A DNA stretch of 63,738 nt, counting the filler, from Octopus bimaculoides (taxonomy: Eukaryota): the NCBI RefSeq assembly GCF_001194135.2. It is 5 parts of 5 records of this genome, joined end to end, with 100 filler letters (N's around TTAATTAATTAA, not from the genome) between each part and the next. Parts side by side here need not be neighbours in the genome. Positions count along the whole stretch, not along the records: positions 1 to 15,090 come from NC_069005.1; 4 more parts are not named here. One strand, written 5' to 3'. The notes under the pieces were generated by a model, which was given only the letters and a program-made list of their open reading frames with translations, searched no databases and was not told where the DNA came from. This document shows, in pieces, positions 1-11,500 of the stretch. How positions within the stretch are numbered: the stretch's first letter is position 1; the number at the start of each line of letters is the position of its first letter. Position numbers and translations under genes: made by a program.

Positions 1-1
1 T

Positions 2-337
2 AAGTCAAATAAGCAAATACAATCATTCATCAACCGATGCTTGCGTAGTATACTTAAAATTAGATGGCCCGAACACGTAAGCAATATGGAGCTATGGCAA
101 AGAACGAATCAAGTTTCGATTAGGGAGCAAATATTTAAGAAAAAGTGGAAGTGGATAGGTAGCACAATTGGAAAAGACACACAAAATGTAGCGAAAAGTG
201 CTTTACAGTGGAATCCGGATGGATATAGAAAGAGGGGTAGGCCTAAGAACTCGTGGCGTAGATCAACACAAAAGGAACTAGAGAAAGGGGGACATTCATG
301 GCAGAGTATAAGCACAGAAGCGAGAAATTATGCTTAG
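2..337 (+). mobile_element. RTE-clade LINE ORF C-terminal fragment
   Basis: FINRCLRSILKIRWPEHVSNMELW...KWKWIG...ALQWNPDGYRKRGRPKNSW is the typical post-RT RTE C-terminus. Confidence 0.85.
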
Positions 338-670
338 AACTCTCCCGATAATCCTTGCTGTCCCCAAGAGACAAACTTTCTGTAGGAGCTCTACCGGGCA
401 TTTTATTTCAATCTCCTTCAGCCATTTGTCTATATCTTTGCTTACTGTTCCCAATTCACCAATTATAGGCACAACCTTTACTGTTCTCAAGCCCCAAATT
501 CTTCCTATTTCAAACTTTAGGGAACTGCATCTTTTTTTCTCTCCCTCTTTCTTTACAATTCCGGAATCAAATGGACATGATAGGTCGATCAGTAAGCAAC
601 TGATCTTTCCCTTATCAACAATCGTTATGTCTGGTCTATTATTTTCTAACTTCTTGTCCCTTTGAATACG
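325..670 (-). mobile_element. 5'-truncated non-LTR retrotransposon with restriction-like endonuclease (R4/Dong-like), abutting an (AAT)10 tract at 671-700
   Basis: RPDITIVDK...LIDLSCPFD...EKKR...LKFEIGRIW...VVPIIGELG...LQKVCLLGTARII fits the PD-(D/E)xK RLE domain. Confidence 0.85.
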
Positions 671-701
<31 letters not shown>

Positions 702-859
702 GCAGAAAGGAGAAAACAACGAAGCATTTTATCTAGAGAATGTAGATATGGAGAAAAATGTAAGTACTAACCATATTTCACTTTTCGTATACATATACAT
801 ACATACATACACATACATACACACACACGCACACATATATATACATATACATATATACA

Positions 860-1245
860 TATAAATATATATATATAGCGATTTCTGGTCAGTAGATAGG
901 TACAGCGTAATCCGTAGGCAGGAGAGGTGCAGCCGGAGAGTGTAAAGTTCAGAATAAAAAAATAGTCCAGAATAAAAATCCAAAAGAATAAGAAAAGTAG
1001 AGAGTCCAGAAGTTCGTGTGTGATGAGAAGAGACAGGATTAGCTGGTGCGACCACGTGAGCGTGTGCTCATGATAGATCGCTGACCACTACACATTTTTC
1101 TCTCCTTGCTTCTTTCTGTTGAAGAGCGTAGGCTCGAAACGTTAAAGACTTTCTCTATTCCCGAGCGTTAAACTAATACATCCATTTGTTGTCTACACCA
1201 CCTGTCTTCGTCTATTGTTTTTTTAGTGAATTCTCCCTCAATAAC
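860..1245. mobile_element. Penelope-like terminal repeat, internally inverted relative to the copy at 53110-53455
   Basis: 880-1050 matches 53110-53240 in reverse complement, while 1070-1245 matches 53320-53455 and 8255-8415 directly; contains the hammerhead variant. Confidence 0.6.
1111..1148 (+). ncRNA. Minimal hammerhead variant, same family as 53326 (GUU site)
   Basis: UCUUU-CUGUUGA-A-GAGC-GUAG-GCUC-GAAA-CG-UU-AAAGA. Confidence 0.55.
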
Positions 1246-1885
1246 NNNNNNNNNNNNNNNNNNNNNNNNNNNNNNNNNNNNNNNNNNNNNNNNNNNNNNN
1301 NNNNNNNNNNNNNNNNNNNNNNNNNNNNNNNNNNNNNNNNNNNNNNNNNNNNNNNNNNNNNNNNNNNNNNNNNNNNNNNNNNNNNNNNNNNNNNNNNNNN
1401 NNNNNNNNNNNNNNNNNNNNNNNNNNNNNNNNNNNNNNNNNNNNNNNNNNNNNNNNNNNNNNNNNNNNNNNNNNNNNNNNNNNATGTATGTATGTATATA
1501 TGTATATATATATATATTCAGATATGAATTAGAAAGCGCTACTGTTATAAATATTAATGCGGGTAGGCTGCGATAAAGCGTGATGGGGTTGTGTCCCCTA
1601 AGGCGCCACGAGATAAAACATCTGAAAGTCATAGACAGGTAAGACAACTTGCCCCAAATACCATTCAGGTGTGATGCGCATCGATGTTTCGCCGTTTTTG
1701 TGGCTTATCAAGATCGGAGGCAAAACGAATGACCAGTCTAGGACTATATACAAATAGTGTAAAAGCCACTTGCTGGTATGCCGCGGCGATGCTTACGTAA
1801 GAAACAAAAAATTCAAGTATAGATTAGAAGCAGGGGCATTATTAACCACACATAGTCAATGTATGTCGATTTTATATTATGTTAT

Positions 1886-1929
<44 letters not shown>

Positions 1930-2149
1930 GTAGATGGATGGATGGATGGACGGACGGACAGACAGACAGGTGGATGGATGGACGGACGGACAGACAGGTG
2001 GATGGATGGACGGACGGACAGACAGGTAGGTAGATGGATGGACAGACAGACAGATGATTTACATGAATCCCTGAGCATTGGGATTCATGTAATCGACTTA
2101 CTCCTCCCCTAAAATTGCTGACCTTGTGCCAAAAATTGAAATTATTGTT

Positions 2150-2290
2150 GTTGTTGCTGTTATTGAGTAAGAGAGCAGTACATACCATGAAAGTGGCCCT
2201 GGGGTAAAATATACGAAGCCCAGTATACCCATCATGACTACCTGTCTGATAAGGGTACACCAGGCACATGCATCACAACCGTATGTCTTT
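2150..2290 (-). mobile_element. Interspersed repeat fragment (SINE/LINE 3' end) with an (AAC/AAT)n-type tail
   Basis: cccagtatacccatcatgactac...aagggtacaccaggcacatgcatcacaacc next to a TTG/TTA tract. Family not verified. Confidence 0.45.
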
Positions 2291-2483
2291 GCTCTTTGTA
2301 GGCCATGATTTCCACAGAGCTCGCAATGGATCAATTCTTGTCACATTGTCATATCGTCTTTTGTCTTCGCGTTGTGCCAATTTAGGGCATTCGCTAATGA
2401 TGTGCCATACCGTTTCACCCCTATCACCACACATCCTGCATTATTATTATTATTATTATTATTGTTATTATATTTTTTTTCAG

Positions 2484-2522
2484 GGAAAAATAGCACAGAA
2501 GTTACGTGAGGTTGAGGAATAT
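2484..2522 (+). CDS. SLC34A2: SLC34 N-terminal micro-exon, 39 nt, phase 0-0 ([13 protein letters not shown])
   Basis: Strong acceptor (T-run + CAG at 2481-2483) and consensus donor GTAAGT at 2523. Only one frame is open, and it joins the next exon in phase. Confidence 0.6.
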
Positions 2523-5500
2523 GTAAGTATTAAGCACATTTCACCTTTCATATATATATATATATATANNNNNNNNNNNNNNNNNNNNNNNNNNNNNNNN
2601 NNNNNNNNNNNNNNNNNNNNNNNNNNNNNNNNNNNNNNNNNNNNNNNNNNNNNNNNNNNNNNNNNNNNNNNNNNNNNNNNNNNNNNNNNNNNNNNNNNNN
2701 NNNNNNNNNNNNNNNNNNNNNNNNNNNNNNNNNNNNNNNNNNNNNNNNNNNNNNNNNNNNNNNNNNNNNNNNNNNNNNNNNNNNNNNNNNNNNNNNNNNN
2801 NNNNNNNNNNNNNNNNNNNNNNNNNNNNNNNNNNNNNNNNNNNNNNNNNNNNNNNNNNNNNNNNNNNNNNNNNNNNNNNNNNNNNNNNNNNNNNNNNNNN
2901 NNNNNNNNNNNNNNNNNNNNNNNNNNNNNNNNNNNNNNNNNNNNNNNNNNNNNNNNNNNNNNNNNNNNNNNNNNNNNNNNNNNNNNNNNNNNNNNNNNNN
3001 NNNNNNNNNNNNNNNNNNNNNNNNNNNNNNNNNNNNNNNNNNNNNNNNNNNNNNNNNNNNNNNNNNNNNNNNNNNNNNNNNNNNNNNNNNNNNNNNNNNN
3101 NNNNNNNNNNNNNNNNNNNNNNNNNNNNNNNNNNNNNNNNNNNNNNNNNNNNNNNNNNNNNNNNNNNNNNNNNNNNNNNNNNNNNNNNNNNNNNNNNNNN
3201 NNNNNNNNNNNNNNNNNNNNNNNNNNNNNNNNNNNNNNNNNNNTCAAAAATATACTCTCCTTCATTTTCTACAATGCTCTTCCATCTATCTGGTAGACTT
3301 GCAAAGCCCCTCATCCAAAATTCACTTGTCCACGACGAAAAATACTCCTCCAGTACTGTTCTGACCTCGTCTACAGAATTCATATTTTTTCCGTCCAAAT
3401 GATTTTGAAGACTACGGAATAAATGATAATCAGATGGGGCAATGTCTGGGAAATATGGTGTGTGGAGCATAGTTTCCCATTCAAACTGCTCCAGCCTTTG
3501 GAATGTCATCCTCGCTGTATGTGGCCAACCATTATCCTGATGGGAGAACACCTTTCGTCTTGAAACCAAAGATGGTTGTTTTTCTTCTCGCGTTGTGCTG
3601 GCAGTAGATCTCCTTTGTTATCGTTTGGTTCGGGTTTAAAAGTTCAAAGTGGACTAAACCTTTCATATCCCACCAAACAGATAACAACACCTTACGTGAG
3701 TGAAGATCTTTCGCCTGCGATGTTAGTGTTTCTTCTTTTTCCTTTTGTTCATTTTTTTCTTCTTCTTTCTCCTTGCTGGGTAGGGTAGTTTACCCGAATG
3801 TGGCCTTTTTCGCCACATTCGTAGCATCTGGGTTTCCTGCCCTCCACCATTACTCGCAAGGTAGTTTCTTCTCCGATGTGGATGTTCTCAGCCAAGATTA
3901 AATTGAACAATAATGCGTCTGTCTTAAAAAAAAATTTTTTTTAATGATTTGAGAGAGATTTGGTTGTGATTTTATTTTTGATTGGTCTCAAAAAGAGAGA
4001 AAGGGGCCGTCCCTTGGACCATCGTAGGTCCTCCCAAACCAGTGACATTGAAGCAGTTATGTTCCGTAGTAATTATTTTTGCCTTTTGTTCCAGCAGTGT
4101 ATCTAAGAATGCATTANNNNNNNNNNNNNNNNNNNNNNNNNNNNNNNNNNNNNNNNNNNNNNNNNNNNNNNNNNNNNNNNNNNNNNNNNNNNNNNNNNNN
4201 NNNNNNNNNNNNNNNNNNNNNNNNNNNNNNNNNNNNNNNNNNNNNNNNNNNNNNNNNNNNNNNNNNNNNNNNNNNNNNNNNNNNNNNNNNNNNNNNNNNN
4301 NNNNNNNNNNNNNNNNNNNNNNNNNNNNNNNNNNNNNNNNNNNNNNNNNNNNNNNNNNNNNNNNNNNNNNNTCTGAGACTTAGAAAACTTTGTTTGAATA
4401 TCAAACCTTTACAATTTCTTACTCATTTTTTTCTGCTATGATATTTAGAGTAAAGAAACCGAGAAACGTGAAGATGAAAAAAAGGTAAGTATCATTATAA
4501 ATATTCACGAAAGTTTTCTTGCTTCTGTAGCTGTTCTATCAGTGTTAGGACTACGTTTGAGTGGAGGCGCAATGGCCCAGTGGTTAGGGCAGCGGACTTG
4601 CGGTTTCGATTCCCAGACCGGGTGTTGTGAGTGTCTATTGAGCGAAAACACCTGAAGCTCCACGAGGCTCTGACAGGGGATGGTGGCGAACCCTGCTGTA
4701 CTCTTTCACCACAACTTTCTCTCACTCTTACTTCCTGTTTCTGTTGTTCTTGAAACGAAAAAATTTTTTTTATTATTTCAAAGGAAATTGATCCATGGGC
4801 GCTGCCAGAATTCAAAACTGATGCAAAATTATGGCAAGGTAAATATATTTTTTCTTGGTATGTGCGGAACGAGGATGGGGAATAGATGAAGAGAATGGTG
4901 TTCTTTCGTGTATTTTGTTCCATCATTTGCCCTTACGGACTTTGAAAGTTTCCATGTAAAAGACTTCTCGTCAGATTTCTGACAAATAAAAACTCTTTAT
5001 ATCTTTCATGATAGAATCATTCTTAAAACATATGTTGTCCCAAACAGGAACCGAACCTCTGTTTCTAGGTCTTTATCGAGGCTTCCGTCTGTTATGAATG
5101 ACTGAGTAAAGGTCCTTACTTGTCCCCCTTGCTGGAATACCGTTGTCTGTGGTCGAATACGCTGATGCACGCAGAGCAGTTTGCCCCATACAAGCCACAT
5201 TTGTATGTAGGCCGTCCCGTAGCTTCTTAGTTCTACAGGGTGTCCACAAAGTCTGAGTACATGGAGTAAATAAAATCATGACATAAACAATTAAATATAA
5301 GAAATAATTCCTTAAAGTATGTGTTAATCCCCTCGTACCCATACTTTGTGGACACCCTGTACAGTTCTGTATTTTTGGTAGAGGGTTGACTGATGATATA
5401 CCAGCTCGAGTTGTAGGGAGGGCAGCTTGTTGCCCATGCAGCATGACTTCTCTTTCCATGTTATTGATTAGCTCAGCTGTTACATTTTGTCACCAGCGTT

Positions 5501-8500
5501 ATCGCAGGTTTTAGACTACGTTGAACCGTCTCAGGGATTTCGGCTTCCAATCTTTCCACAGTGCTTAGTCCCGAACTTTTCTCAAAGCTGTAACGTAATA
5601 GACGTTTGGAATCCACTAGATGGATTGCTCTTCCCCGAGGCTAACGAGCTCCATCTGCCCGACTGAATTGCTTCTACTCCGGGTCAGTGTAGTAGAAATG
5701 GGAAGAATGGTGGCTAAGAAGTGTTTCCACACTTCTCAAAACTGTGGAACACCCAAACCCGGCCCCATGACTGGATATAGTTTAGTCGTACTCAGGCTTA
5801 ACTTTATCCGAACTCCTACTTTTCACTTACAGCATATTTAAAACTAACCAGCGATGGATTATCTACATGCTACAGACTTCCTAGAAAAAGCAATTGAATC
5901 TCTCTCAAAAACACCTGAGCGAATAATGCAGCGTGTTCTTCATTTCAGGTCGCTCCTTTTCACTCAGATATAGATGCATAAGCCTGCAACGGACTGATGT
6001 CCTGTTCAGAGGGTTACTTATACGTCGTGGTAACCGGGTAAGGCGGCTCTATGAGTCCTTAAGACCTAGGACTCTGGACAGTAATATTCAGGATACTTAC
6101 ATGACGTATGGCTGGATGCCCTTCCTAACGCCAACCATTCCAACAGTGTAATGGGTGCTTTTTACGTGCCACCGGAACGGGTGCCAGTTACGTGACACCG
6201 GCATCGGCCACAACTAATCTGTATCAATTTCTACCTCACCACTAACCTTGTTATGCACTCAAATTGGTGCCATCTACCTGGCCATTTACAATTTAGCATG
6301 ATGTCTAACCCTAAACCTACCCATAAATCTCAAATTAAATCCTAAACCTAATTCTAACTCTAGCTCTAAATCCTAATCCTTAACCCTAACACCTAAACCT
6401 ACCCATAGATCTCAACTTTATCTTAAATTCTAACTCTAACCCTAATCCGAATCCAGATCAGGCGATTTCACAGCATAGCCTAGAGATACTGCAGTAGACT
6501 GCACACTGAAGTAGCAGCCCCAAAACTCATATCAATTTTTCTCTCTCGCCTTTGCAGAAATGACAAAAAAAGAGAAGGTAATCCACGTACTTTGGACTGG
6601 AATAACGAAACCACTTCTTCTGATCGCCCTTCTATATTTTTTCATCTGTTCGTTGAGTTTTCTCAGCAGCGCCTTCCGCTTGTTGGGAGGTAAGTATGTG
6701 ATTCGCAATAGACGAAGCTTGCCTGAGTGTAGCTTGAATGGATATAAGGGGAGGTAATTTGAATAGCAAAACCAGAAGACTATCCTTTTTTTTTTTTTTT
6801 TTTTTNNNNNNNNNNTTTTTTTTTTTTTTTCTTTTGTTAATTTAACACGTTTCGGTCAATCGACTGCGACCATACTGGGGCACTGCACTGAAGTCGTTTG
6901 CATCGACCTAAACATTTATTAAACCTGGTACTTGTCTTTTTGATCTGTTTGTTGGACAGACAAGTTAGGAGACATACACCACACATGCGCGTGTGGTGTA
7001 TGTCCCCCTATTAAGGGAGAGAATTTGTTCGGTTTAATACAGCTGTGTGTGTGTGTTGAATAACATGTGTGTATGTTTATAAGAGTATATAACAAATGTG
7101 CGCGCGTGCGTACTCGTATGTGTAATATATGCATGTGGCATGTATGTGTAGTGAGTGCGCGTGTGTCTGTGTATAGCGTGTGCGTGTTATGCACGTGTGT
7201 ATGTGTAACACATTTGTGAGCACATATGTGTGTGTGCGCGCGCGCGCTTGTATGGTTGATGTTACTTCTGATTAACTTCTCTCGTTTCTCTTCCCAGGTC
7301 GTACAGCTGGACAAATATTTCGAGACAGTGAGGTCTTGGCAAACCCAGTTGCAGGCTTAGTGATCGGAGTGTTGGCCACGGTTCTAGTCCAGAGTAGTTC
7401 CACGTCAACATCGATTACTATAACGATGGTCGGAGAAGGACGTAAGTCCAACATTTTTGTAACTTTCCATGGTGTGGCCATTATTGTCCCCGTTGTTTTA
7501 GAGTCCAACATCAACATGATTCAAAAGCATTTAAACCTTTTTCGGATCTATTTTAAAACGGGGGCACCAGTTTTCATTTATGTTTTATGTAGTGTTTTTG
7601 GTACCGAAAGACTTTCAAACTTCGTATACTTATCAATTTTGTGTTATAGAACAGAAAAAAAATTTTGTATTCGAATTTATTTCATGTAAAAAATTGTCTT
7701 ATTTCGATAATTTCTACTAATCACTGACAAGTATTCAGTTGAAAACAGTTAGCGCTGTAACGGTGTATATCGTATTAATCCCCTAACCCTAACCCTAACT
7801 AGACTGTTAACCCTAACCCTAAAACTAACCCTGACTCTAGAATCCGAACTCTAAANNNNNNNNNNGCACAGCGTAATTTATTATATAAACAATATATGCG
7901 TATAAATTACGATTAAACCGGATGAAATATGTCACAGGGAATAACATTTTTATGACCGCCCAGCAGTAACTCTATTCAGCTGAATAGACGTCAGTGATTG
8001 GTTGAAATTACAGAAATATGACAACTTTAACATGGAATAACTTGCGAATTCCTTTTTTTTGTTAAGAAGACTAAAAGTAAAAGATGTTTTATATGACACA
8101 TTCTACCAGTGTCCCAAGTTTCAAAGTGTTTCGTTAGTGTTTCGTTAAGAAAATACTGGTGCCCCCGTTTTAAAATAGATCCCCTTTTTCTTTAAAGGGA
8201 AATTGTATTTCTTGGACAACATACTTCTTGTGCTATATATATATATAGATAGATCGCTAGCCACTACACACATTTTTTTCTCTCCTTGTTTCTTTGTGGA
8301 AGAGCGTAGCTCGAAACGTTAAAGACTTTCAGTTCCCGAGCGTTACAATAATACATCTGTTTGTTTTCTACACCACCTATCTTCGTCTTTTGCTTTTTTG
8401 TGAATTCTCCCCTATACATACATATATATATAATTCAATAATAGGATAAAGTCTTTGTAAGAATTTATCAAGTAGTTAGTGTGAAAAAACCTAATAAGGG

Positions 8501-11500
8501 AAAAATCCATCATTTATTCCCTATAAATATATTTATTAATTTATATAAGGACATTACTATACATGAAAGCCTCACGCTAAGAGGGACTCTAAAAGTCAAA
8601 CTACCATAATAAACACCGTCTGTCTGTGTCTCTCTCGTTCAATCAATCAATCTGTCTGTCTCTCTCGTTCAATCAATCAATCTGTCTGTCTCTCTCGTTC
8701 NNNNNNNNNNAATCTGTCTGTCTCTCTCGTTCAATCAATCAATCTGTCTGTCTCTCTCGTTCAATCAATTAATCTGTCTCTCTCATTCAATCAATTAATC
8801 TGTCTCTCTCGTTCAATCAATCAATCTGTCTGTCTCTCTCGTTCAATCAATTAATCTGTCTCTCTCGTTCAGTCAATTGATCGATCAGTCTCTGTCTGTC
8901 TCTCTCTCTCTCTGTCCATCTCTAATTGTATGCATGCATGCATGTACGCCCATATTAATTACCCCCCCTCTCTCTCTCTCTCTGTATCCTAGTTTTAACA
9001 GTCAAACAAGCCATACCCATCATCATGGGCGCAAATATTGGAACATCAGTCACAAACACAATTGTCTCAATGGGACAGATCATAGATAAAGACGACTTCC
9101 GCCGGGCGTTCGCTGGAGCTACGATACACGATATGTTTAATTGGCTGGCAGTCTTAGTTCTACTTCCGATTGAGGCCGCAACAGGTCAGCAAATGCGTTT
9201 CGTTTATCATTTTTGTTATTGATATTTTATTATTTGTTTTTTCTTTAATCTACATATCTCAGCCATTGGACGATGGTCAAGCTGGGGCACTGCTTCGAAG
9301 GGTTTAATTGAACAGATCTTCACGAGTATTTACGCTTAAACTTCGTATTTGCTCTATCTGGTTTCTTTTTGCTGAACCAATAAGTTATGGAGACATAAAC
9401 AAACCAGCACCGACTGTCGAGCGGTGATTGGACACATGCACATCTGCACACATACGTGCACGTGCGGAAGCACATGCACATACAAACACGCGCATGCACA
9501 TATATGTATAGGCACACGCACACATTTGCATTCAAATTCAATGACGGCAGTGGAGCGCTAAGAGCACCATCCGAGCGTGATCGTTGCCAGGGCTGCTGAT
9601 TGGCTCCCGTGCCGGTGGCACGTAATAAGCACCATTCGAGCGTGATCGTTACCAGCCTTACTGGCACTTGTGCCGGTGGCACGTGAAAAACAACATTCGA
9701 GCGAAGTAGTTGCCAGTGCCGCTGGACTGGCTCCTGTGTAGATGGCATGTAAAAAGCACCATTTGAGCGTGGCCGTTGCCAGTACTGCCTGACTGGCCCG
9801 CGTGCCGGTGGCACGTAAAAGCACCCACTACACTCTCGGAGTGGTTGGCGTTAGGAAGGGCATCCAGCTGTAGAAATTAGAATAAGCACCTGGATTAAAA
9901 GGAAATAAGTACTGGGATTGGTTCATTCGACTAAAACTCCTTCGAGATGGTGCTCTAGCATGGTCATAATCAAATGCTTGAAACAAGTAAAAGATAAGAC
10001 AATTTCTTTATTTTTCTTTTTTTTTTTTTTAAATCTTTTTCAAGGATATCTTTACCATTTAACGACGGCGATGACCAAAGGGTTGGAATTAACCTCCGCG
10101 AACGACACCAACCCAGAATTACTGAAAAAAATCACCAAACCATTTACCAAAATTATTATTGAGGTAGATTATTTGCTTGCCATTTTTTTTTATCTGCAAT
10201 GTTCTTCTTTTTCTCAGCTCTGTGGTGTGGCATGCTTGCATCTCCACCTTATGTCATAAGTTTAATTCTTAGCATTTAATCTGGCTATATCCGGCCCAAA
10301 TATTCTGTTTTAGGTTGAATCTAGCCATATCTGTCTTCTCACACCTACCCTACAATGTCATTCTAAGAATGAACACATCCTCACAATTTCAAGGCTACGA
10401 CATGATGTGGGATTGTTCCAAAACGATGTGAATAAACAAGAATCACATTTGACAGGATAATCTGAATGCTAAAGGGTTTAACTGCAACGTACTCCATTTG
10501 CGATTAACCCATCGTTTCTACTAGTTAATCTGATGTACATTCCCCAGCCATTTTTTTGCACGTAGTCGATAAAATAGAGTACCGCCAAAATAATGGATTG
10601 GCTGTGTAGTAAGTAACTTGCTTACCAACCACATAGTTCTGGGTTCAGTCCCACTGTGTGGCACCTTGGGCAAGTGTCTTCTACTATAGCCTTGGGCCGA
10701 CCAAAGCCTTGAGTGGATTTGGTAGACGGAAACTGAAAGAAGCCTGTCATATATATATGTGTGTGTGTGTGTGTTTGTGTTTGTGCCCCCAACATCGCTT
10801 GACGACCGATGCTGGTGTGTTTACGTCCCCGTAACTTAGCCTTAGCGGTTCGGCAAAAGAGACCAATAGAATAAGTAGTAGGCTTACTAAGAATAAGTCC
10901 TGGGGTCAATTTGCTCGACTAAAGGCAGTGCTCCAGCATGGCCGCAGTCAAATGACTGAAACAAGTAAAAGAAAAAAGAGAGATGTAACTAGCAAAGTGT
11001 TTCACCAGAAATTCCTAACCTNNNNNNNNNNNNNNNNNNNNNNNNNNNNNNNNNNNNNNNNNNNNNNNNNNNNNNNNNNNNNNNNNNNNNNNNNNNNNNN
11101 NAAATTACAAACAATAGTTTACTCTTTTACTTGTTTCAGTCATTTGACTGTGGCCATGCTGGAGCACCACCTTTAGTCGAGCAAATCGACCCCAGGACTT
11201 ATTCTTTGTAAGCCTAGTACTTATTCTATCGGTCTCTTTTTGCCGAACCGTTAAGTTACGGGGACGTAAACACACCAGCATCGGTTGTCAAGTGATGTTG
11301 GGGGGACAAACATATATACATATATATGACGGGCTTCTTTCAGTTTCCGTCTACCAAATCCACTCACAAGGCTTTGGTCGGCCCGAGGCTATAGTAGAAG
11401 ACACTTGCCCAAGGTGCCACGCAGTGGGACTGAACCCGGAACCATGTGGTTGTTAAGCAAGCTACTTACCACACAGCCACGTGCACAATTATTGATCAAT

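Noticed and set aside
1567-1638. Possible further upstream SLC34 exon (AAIKRDGVVSPKAPRDKTSESHRQ, phase 0-0, donor GTAAGA)
   Set aside because: The acceptor lacks a polypyrimidine tract and there is no homology support; plausible but not reportable without RNA data.
1672-1716. Minus-strand hammerhead-like UUGAUAA-GCC...GGC-GAAA-CAUCGAUG (U3-A8 covariant)
   Set aside because: The required U16.1/H17 and a clean stem I are missing; at best a dead remnant.
4561-4625. tRNA genes suggested by A/B boxes (also 21363, 45560, 10600)
   Set aside because: The heads run directly into SINE bodies and lack a complete cloverleaf.
6560-6562. ATG at 6560 as the SLC34 start codon
   Set aside because: It lies 2 nt inside an exon with a good acceptor, and an in-phase upstream exon encodes the conserved DPW motif.
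7781-7830. CCCTAA repeats as a chromosome end or fusion site
   Set aside because: Short, degenerate and enclosed within a TIR element inside an intron.
10935-10965. SINE family B tail hairpin CAGTC-AAAT-GACTG-AAAC as a hammerhead half
   Set aside because: No CUGANGA-like core upstream in any copy.
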